DNA of 61,544 nucleotides from Candidatus Enterousia avistercoris (GTDB lineage Bacteria; Pseudomonadota; Alphaproteobacteria; Rs-D84): NCBI GenBank assembly GCA_017694255.1, contig JADINC010000023.1, positions 1 to 61,544 of the forward strand, read 5' to 3'. Shown piece by piece: positions 55,915 to 61,544 of this stretch (position 1 is its first letter; each line of letters starts with the position of its first letter). The notes under the pieces were generated by a model. It saw only the letters and a program-made list of their open reading frames with translations, ran no database searches and was not told where the DNA came from. The position numbers and the translations under genes were made by a program.

Positions 55915-57507
55915 CTAAAACACAAAATTCGCACCGATTGATATTTTATACGCCAGCCCCAGATCATCATCGTAAACAACACCAACACCCACATCGCCAC
56001 CGGCACTATCGGCATCAGAATAAATTCTGATTACACCCATTGCGTCAAATGTCCCGCGCGTATCACCTGCAACACGAACGCCATACCCATATTTAAGATC
56101 CGCGGTACCAACATCAATTTCAAAATCCGCCCCGATTCCGGTAAACAAATCTAAATCCGTATCCGATTCCAGATTAATATAGTCAATTCCAAAACGTGCA
56201 AACGGCAATAAATTTAGTTTACCATATGAAAATTTCACCCCAATATCCGAAACACCGTATCCAGAAAATCCATACGGATTATCTATAATTTCATCATCAA
56301 CCAAAACCATATCAATATCAAAATCTGTAATTGAAACCCCGACCCCAGCACGCGCGAACACAATATCACCCTCATAACGTATACGAGCATTTCCGCCATA
56401 CAGAACGCCACCGTAATCATTTATATCATCCACATAGTCAAATTCTGCAACATGTGCCGACAATGCCATATTCAAATTTTCTGAAACATCAAACGCGCCG
56501 CCAAAATTTATTCCCCACATTTTCATTTCATCAGTCGCGACAAACAACGGTTCAGCCACAAATCCATGCAGATTTTCAAACGCCAAATCATCCATTTCAA
56601 ATCTATTAAAAACACGCACTGGCCGCATTAACAATCCAGGGTTCATACGCACGGCCCCAGCCATAATATCCCGCATTTCTGAAATTGATTCCGCCCCATC
56701 CAATGCCACGACCAGTTTATCCCCCGGATTCTTTGAACGCAGCGCATTTAAAAATTTGCCAGTCTTGTCATTATCAAATATTTTCAAGAAATCCGTTTCA
56801 CGAATAATGTCTGCATACACATTACCGCCAACTATCTTGGTCTGTACGGCATACAGCGGATTCATATTATCTATATCCAGAAAGACTTTACCTGTACCAT
56901 ATGTATTTTCTAACAACGGCCGTCCCGATAAACCCGCGACCGAATCGGCATGAACGACAATTGTTCCAACCAATTTTATCCCTGGTGCCCCAGCACTTTT
57001 AAAATCACGCATTGTGCTATTATCCATATACAATCTGGAATTATTTAATTCTATATTGTCTGCCCCTGTGGCAACGGCCAACAACCCATTTAAAGAAATT
57101 GTATTTTCACCACCAACCACAACATCGAACCCCGATTCCAACCCCAGCGAATTAAGATCATCATTTGATTTAACAACCTGGATCACATGAACACCGTCCC
57201 CCAATGAAAAACTGGAATTCATTTCACCAGAATTTTGAATATACAATTGCACATTATTATGAATATCGAAATTTGTTTCCAGATATCCATTATTTACAAC
57301 ATCAACCCGAACCATGCCATCTGCGACCGTCATGTTTTCAATATCTATACGCACATTATCTTTTATTTCTATATTTTCTGTAATCTCGTACCGCGGACCC
57401 GCTAAATCAGAATAAAACACATACGCATTTGCATTATCAATGCACCCCAACCCACAACAAAGCACACAAATAAAAATATTGTTTAATATACGCATGCATT
57501 TCAGCAT
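55915..57507 (-). CDS. Autotransporter-type outer-membrane protein (passenger plus C-terminal beta-barrel)
   Basis: Signal peptide. The N-terminal half is repetitive, beta-helix-like and Asn/Gly/Val-rich. The C-terminal ~270 aa has an alternating beta-strand pattern ending KISIGANFVF. Confidence 0.6.
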   Translation of the reverse strand: MLKCMRILNNIFICVLCCGLGCIDNANAYVFYSDLAGPRYEITENIEIKDNVRIDIENMTVADGMVRVDVVNNGYLETNFDIHNNVQLYIQNSGEMNSSFSLGDGVHVIQVVKSNDDLNSLGLESGFDVVVGGENTISLNGLLAVATGADNIELNNSRLYMDNSTMRDFKSAGAPGIKLVGTIVVHADSVAGLSGRPLLENTYGTGKVFLDIDNMNPLYAVQTKIVGGNVYADIIRETDFLKIFDNDKTGKFLNALRSKNPGDKLVVALDGAESISEMRDIMAGAVRMNPGLLMRPVRVFNRFEMDDLAFENLHGFVAEPLFVATDEMKMWGINFGGAFDVSENLNMALSAHVAEFDYVDDINDYGGVLYGGNARIRYEGDIVFARAGVGVSITDFDIDMVLVDDEIIDNPYGFSGYGVSDIGVKFSYGKLNLLPFARFGIDYINLESDTDLDLFTGIGADFEIDVGTADLKYGYGVRVAGDTRGTFDAMGVIRIYSDADSAGGDVGVGVVYDDDLGLAYKISIGANFVF

Positions 57508-57541
57508 AGCACATAAGATTTTTTTCTTAAAGAAAAAACAT

Positions 57542-57567
57542 AAAAAAATACCCAGATAACCTGGGTA
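57542..57567 (-). terminator. Rho-independent terminator
   Basis: tacccag-ataac-ctgggta with a T-run on the minus strand, after 57586..58131. Confidence 0.8.
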
Positions 57568-57585
57568 TTTTATTTCAGCATAAAA

Positions 57586-58131
57586 TTATAATCCCATGCC
57601 CTTTTTCAGTGTTCCCCAACCGGCCTTGTATCCGCCATCGCGTTCCAAGTATATTTTCGCATTATTTAGCTGTTCTGCGGTCAGTCCACGAATGATGAAC
57701 GATTCTTTTAACCGGCCACCCGCCTGTGCAGAACTTAACTGTGGCAAATTCACAGACATCGGTTCTTTATCACAGCACATGCTGTTATTATTACAGCTGC
57801 TGCATTGATGTATACGTACTGTATACGTCTTGCCCGGACGCAGATCTTTCAAATCAACTTCCATCTTTAATCCCGCATCTGTTTCAAAGAATTTAATTTC
57901 ACCCATTCTGGATTCGCCACCATGGCTGCTGTGCGTATACATTCTGGCGTGAACGCGGCTAACATCAGAATCTTCATATGTCTGATAGAACACAACTGTT
58001 TCTGTTGGCTGTGGTTGCGGTTTTGGCTTTGGTTTGGCATTTTTCTGGCCACACCCTGTACAGCCCGACAACAGTACCACTGCCCCCAGTACTGACGATA
58101 ATACTAACATTTTTTTGATTAAGTTTTTCAT
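57586..58131 (-). CDS. Lipoprotein with Cu/Zn-superoxide-dismutase-like sequence blocks but without the His ligand cluster
   Basis: Lipobox LLSGC followed by a PKPKPQPQP linker. MGEIKFFETDAGLKMEVDLKDLRPGKTYTVRIHQCSSC aligns by eye with the SodC block IGSVTITETDKGLEFSPDLKALPPGEHGFHIHAKGSC. Confidence 0.4.
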   Translation of the reverse strand: MKNLIKKMLVLSSVLGAVVLLSGCTGCGQKNAKPKPKPQPQPTETVVFYQTYEDSDVSRVHARMYTHSSHGGESRMGEIKFFETDAGLKMEVDLKDLRPGKTYTVRIHQCSSCNNNSMCCDKEPMSVNLPQLSSAQAGGRLKESFIIRGLTAEQLNNAKIYLERDGGYKAGWGTLKKGMGL

Positions 58132-58212
58132 TCAGGTCTCCTTTTTTTACCTTGTGGTTACGTAAAACATTATATTATATATTTTTACAATTTTCGCTAG
58201 GTTTGAATCCCT

Positions 58213-58249
58213 AAAAAACACCGGATTTCATGCACATAGCGCGATTTTT
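58213..58249 (-). repeat. Motif element copy downstream of the oleate hydratase gene
   Basis: The plus strand reads aaaaaacaccggatttcatgcacatagcgcgattttt. It contains tgcacatagcgcg at 58231..58243, the reverse complement of CGCGCTATGTGCA. Confidence 0.9.
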
Positions 58250-59874
58250 CAACTGTGTAATTTTAAAAATGCCTTTAACATTGTTCGTGGCGAATATTGA
58301 TGCTTGCTGACTGGGGTTAAATCTTTATCCACCCCCATCAAATAATAGACAGCACGTTGTGCGGCCCGCACAGAATATTCCATTGTAAACACAACATCAT
58401 CTGGCACTTCGGCAAACTGACTGACAAACGCAAAATTTTCATACCCATTTGGAATAACATTTGGTCTATCGCCTGGGCGGCGCGGTTGAAACTGGGATGT
58501 AATATACGGCATTATAGACGTTCTGCAAATCACGCCACGCATCATATCTGATTGGTTTTGTCGCGGTATTTGCAAATGCCCCATCAATTCAGTCATAATT
58601 TCACGCCCAGTACATTTATACATTGGCTTTTTCACATAATCGCCGTCCACAAACATATTCAGCGAATACCCCCAAAAAATCTGTGTATCCATTGGCTGTT
58701 TTTTAAAGTGTGGCTGGCGTGCAACAACAATAGACAGACGCCATGCAGAATCTTTAAACGTCATCAACGCCCCACCACCTGGATAATTGTGGCTGAAACG
58801 TTGAATATAATCCAACAACCTGGGGTTTTTATTTATCGTTGTGGTAAAAGACATCCACATACTTTCATCGACCCGGCCACAAAACACGTCTGGATCGCCA
58901 AATTCTGGCCGGCCATCTGCAATTTTTCGCCACAATTCAAACGATGGTGCGGTATCATCTTTGATATACCGCGCCACAGTATCTGTACCGGCTTCGTTTG
59001 AATTGTCTGTCATACACCCATTTGTAAACAAAACAATATCTGCTGGTGCGACTGCAACAGAACGCTTTTTTCCATCACGCATATATACAATTTTATCTGC
59101 GACAGACGTACCATCACGAACCTGTGAAAAGTTTATATCAACAACGCGCGCCCCCAAAAGAATTTTTACACCATGCGCGCGCAGCCACGCAACGATTGGC
59201 TTTACAATTGAATCGTGTTGATTATATGCTGTACGTGCAACCCCGGCCAACGTATGTATACGCGGGAATTCATGCATAAACCTGATCATATACCTGCGCA
59301 GTTCCGCAGCACTAGACCATGGCTGGAACGCAAACGTAGTCTGCCACATTAACCAAAAATTAGTTTTAAAGAAATGCTTGCCAAACACCTGGTCTATCCG
59401 TTTTGCCCCCAAAGACTTTTCTGTTTCCATCAACACTAATTTTTCCATATCCATTCTGTCTTCGGCCGAAAAGCCCATTTTTCTAACATCCACACGACGC
59501 CCATTTTTATCAACCAGTCGCGCATTAGAATACGTTTTAAATTCTTCGTTATAATTCAAGAATTCATCTTCTAAACTAAACTTGTCAAATTCCAAAGACG
59601 GGATTTCCGTCATTATATCCTGCAAACATTCATACGTTGGTATATTCAGCATTCGCCCGCCCCGAATCATAAATCCCGAACTGGCGTTTCCTGCACCATC
59701 CAAACTGCCCCCATCTGAATCCAACGCTTCCATGATTTGAATATTTTTGCCTGGGACTTTTGCATCACGTATTAAATAAACCGCCGCCGCCAATGATCCA
59801 ATCCCCGAACCAATCATATAAACATTTGTATCTGTGGCCCGCCGTTTAATTTTGCTTTTTCCAATTTTCGTCAT
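58249..59874 (-). CDS. Oleate hydratase (MCRA family FAD-dependent fatty-acid hydratase)
   Basis: N-terminal FAD fold YMIGSGIGSLAAAVYLIRDAKVPGKNIQIMEALDSDGGSLDG...MIRGGRM. Family-typical length (541 aa). Confidence 0.8.
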   Translation of the reverse strand: MTKIGKSKIKRRATDTNVYMIGSGIGSLAAAVYLIRDAKVPGKNIQIMEALDSDGGSLDGAGNASSGFMIRGGRMLNIPTYECLQDIMTEIPSLEFDKFSLEDEFLNYNEEFKTYSNARLVDKNGRRVDVRKMGFSAEDRMDMEKLVLMETEKSLGAKRIDQVFGKHFFKTNFWLMWQTTFAFQPWSSAAELRRYMIRFMHEFPRIHTLAGVARTAYNQHDSIVKPIVAWLRAHGVKILLGARVVDINFSQVRDGTSVADKIVYMRDGKKRSVAVAPADIVLFTNGCMTDNSNEAGTDTVARYIKDDTAPSFELWRKIADGRPEFGDPDVFCGRVDESMWMSFTTTINKNPRLLDYIQRFSHNYPGGGALMTFKDSAWRLSIVVARQPHFKKQPMDTQIFWGYSLNMFVDGDYVKKPMYKCTGREIMTELMGHLQIPRQNQSDMMRGVICRTSIMPYITSQFQPRRPGDRPNVIPNGYENFAFVSQFAEVPDDVVFTMEYSVRAAQRAVYYLMGVDKDLTPVSKHQYSPRTMLKAFLKLHS

Positions 59875-59945
59875 AGTTTCCCCCCTTGTTTTTACGAATA
59901 AAATAATACCAATTTATACGCATAAATTGCATAGGACGAAAAACT

Positions 59946-59983
59946 TAAAAAATCCCGGAATTCATGCACATAGCGCAAAAAAA
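59946..59983 (-). repeat. Motif element copy upstream of the oleate hydratase gene
   Basis: The plus strand reads aaaaaatcccggaattcatgcacatagcgcaaaaaaa. It contains tgcacatagcgc at 59965..59976 and shares the 16-nt core ttcatgcacatagcgc with 58213..58249. Confidence 0.9.
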
Positions 59984-60007
59984 TATCGCCACCCAAAACG
60001 GTGGCGA
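59977..60007 (-). terminator. Rho-independent terminator after the OMP gene
   Basis: tcgccacc-caaaac-ggtggcga with a T-run on the minus strand. Confidence 0.8.
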
Positions 60008-60028
60008 CATTTGACGCAATCGGTGTAA

Positions 60029-60640
60029 TCAGAACATAAATCTGATACCAATATCCCCGCCAAAGTTATGCAGGCCGGATTGAATATCAACATAGTTATA
60101 ACGTGCCGCAATATCAACTGCGAAACGTTCCATATCAAATGTCACACCCAATGTCCCCATTGCCGAGAACCGAGTTTTACTTTCGCTGTGATCACCCAAT
60201 ACTGGCACTTCGCGTTTAACATCTGCAAAGGCGACACCAGCGCCCAGTCCAACGAATGGACGAACTACGTGATAACCGCCGAATTCCCAATATGTATTCC
60301 ACAACAAAGTCTGCAATTTCGTATCAACCTTGACATCACCACCGGCGACACCAAAATCTGCGCTATCTTTGGCCTTGCTGTATATAGACCATTCGATTTC
60401 ACTGCGCACTGTATCACAAACCTCTAACCCCAGCGCGGCCCGTCCTTGGAACACCATATCGGATATAGATTCTTTGTGGTCATTGTAATTATAATTCAGA
60501 TTGGTATAGCTGGCACCGCCACGCAAACCGATATATGGATCCAATCCGAATAATTGCCAGCTGCTGCCGCTGCCGTAATTTCCTGCAAATGCCGGCCCAG
60601 CAATCAGCACCGCCAGTGTTGATATAGCTATTTTTTTCAT
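60029..60640 (-). CDS. Small outer-membrane beta-barrel protein (8-strand OmpA-like/Opa-like family)
   Basis: Signal peptide MKKIAISTLAVLIAGPAFA, alternating beta-strand pattern and terminal GIRFMF. Confidence 0.75.
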   Translation of the reverse strand: MKKIAISTLAVLIAGPAFAGNYGSGSSWQLFGLDPYIGLRGGASYTNLNYNYNDHKESISDMVFQGRAALGLEVCDTVRSEIEWSIYSKAKDSADFGVAGGDVKVDTKLQTLLWNTYWEFGGYHVVRPFVGLGAGVAFADVKREVPVLGDHSESKTRFSAMGTLGVTFDMERFAVDIAARYNYVDIQSGLHNFGGDIGIRFMF

Positions 60641-60771
60641 TTTCTCTCCTTTTTTTGTTATACTAAAACTTTCATGTCAACAATGTTATTCTATCAAAGC
60701 AAATGCAAAGTTTACATAGGTATGGATACCTGTTGAAAAAACCGTTTAATTTAACTGGCGGCATAAAAATC

Positions 60772-60799
60772 TTGCATTTATACAAAAAGGTTATATAAT
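60772..60799 (+). promoter_or_regulatory. Sigma70-like promoter of tRNA-Lys
   Basis: TTGCAT-N16-TATAAT, about 20 nt upstream of the tRNA. A short hairpin, ggtccgtttaacggacc, lies in the leader. Confidence 0.55.
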
Positions 60800-60819
60800 C
60801 AGGTCCGTTTAACGGACCC

Positions 60820-60895
60820 GGGTGCGTAGCTCAGTTGGTAGAGCAACTGACTCTTAATCAGTGGGTCCAGGGTTCGAGTCCCTGCGCGCCCACCA
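60820..60895 (+). tRNA. tRNA-Lys (anticodon CUU), CCA encoded
   Basis: GGGTGCGTAGCTCAGTTGGTAGAGCAACTGACTCTTAATCAGTGGGTCCAGGGTTCGAGTCCCTGCGCGCCCACCA folds by hand into a canonical cloverleaf. Confidence 0.95.
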
Positions 60896-60900
60896 TAGAT

Positions 60901-60925
60901 AAACCGCATTTGCGGTTTTTTTTTA
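60901..60925 (+). terminator. Rho-independent terminator after tRNA-Lys
   Basis: aaaccgc-attt-gcggttt followed by a T-run. Confidence 0.8.
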
Positions 60926-60979
60926 TAGCGCAGGGACGAGAACCCCAGGGCACAAAATTTAACAAAACACGAAATTTAA

Positions 60980-61543
60980 TTATTTTAAATATGACGATGG
61001 GTTATACGCCTTGGTTCCCTTGCGAATTTCAAAATGCAATTGTGGCGTATCCACTTTACCTGTGGCCCCGACTGTACCGATTTTCTGTCCCACAGAAACC
61101 TTGGCCCCGCGCCGCACAACCATCGAACCCATATGTGCATAAACCGTCATCCATCCACCAGAATGCTGGATAATTATTAAATTTCCCATCCCTTTGACTT
61201 CATTACCAGCATATGCAACAACGCCATTTTCTGCAGCCTTGACTGCTGTACCTTGGGCGGCGGCGATATTTATACCGTCATTAAACAGCCCATCCGATTT
61301 TGAACCATAGTGCGACAATATTTTTCCCTGGACTGGCCATGAAAATTTTGACGAAGACCGTGCGCTGATTGTCGGCAATTTCTTTGTCGGATCTGATGAT
61401 ATTTTTGTTTTGACCGGCGCCGTGGTGGCATCACCCTTTGCCGTCGCTGGTGCGTTCCCCGTGGCCATTTTTACTGGCGCCCCAGATAAATCAGGCACCT
61501 TTAACGTCTGGCCAACCGATAAAGTAAACGGCGCGGATAAATT
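60980..61543 (-). CDS. M23-family metallopeptidase (NlpD/EnvC-like), 5' end outside the window
   Basis: The reading frame stays open to the window edge, and the upstream codons read ..TLSVGQTLKVP (end of a LysM-like motif). M23 motifs: F.WPV.G.I...YG, NDGINIAA..GT.V.A...G.V.YAG and GN..IIQH..G..T.YAH. Confidence 0.85.
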   Translation of the reverse strand, partial: NLSAPFTLSVGQTLKVPDLSGAPVKMATGNAPATAKGDATTAPVKTKISSDPTKKLPTISARSSSKFSWPVQGKILSHYGSKSDGLFNDGINIAAAQGTAVKAAENGVVAYAGNEVKGMGNLIIIQHSGGWMTVYAHMGSMVVRRGAKVSVGQKIGTVGATGKVDTPQLHFEIRKGTKAYNPSSYLK

Positions 61544-61544
61544 A

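Overview
This is a 61.5-kb chromosomal window from an AT-rich, compact Gram-negative genome. The Gram-negative call rests on Tol-Pal, AsmA, OMP barrels, an autotransporter and a secretin. The gene content looks alphaproteobacterium-like, but that is inference only. There are about 60 protein genes. Most are housekeeping: lepA, rbfA, pal, ftsEX, plsC, tolB, fba, efp, ppa, dnaN, cdaA, an RluC-type synthase, uvrC, pgsA, dnaJ, parE, dnaA, dprA, plsY, rpsT, sufBC, ruvX, gatCAB and miaB. There are also tRNA-Phe(GAA) and tRNA-Lys(CUU). Seven things stand out. (1) An operon-like run of four paralogous genes at 6.4-13.9 kb encodes signal-peptide-bearing fibrous proteins built from motifs typical of phage tail fibres and YadA heads. 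No phage structural genes and no recognisable anchor or secretion domain accompany them, and a small OMP-barrel gene sits next to the run. (2) Two arrays of nested palindromic repeats at 5.0-6.4 kb bracket a small GIY-YIG nuclease gene. An inverted repeat copy supplies that gene's promoter-like sequence. (3) A 12/13-nt motif, CGCGCTATGTGCA, occurs five times exactly, in both coding and terminator contexts. The same window carries dprA, a type IV pilin-like gene and a lipoprotein secretin paired with a TcpQ-domain gene. (4) An oleate hydratase gene is flanked by direct copies of that motif element. (5) An integrase-like gene at the window edge has no obvious catalytic signature. (6) A 2 x 112 bp tandem repeat lies between fba and efp. 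(7) Several orphan secreted, Cys-rich or degenerate-enzyme-like proteins are present. No CRISPR array, rRNA or complete prophage was seen. All functional calls come from reading the translated ORFs by eye. No database search was run.
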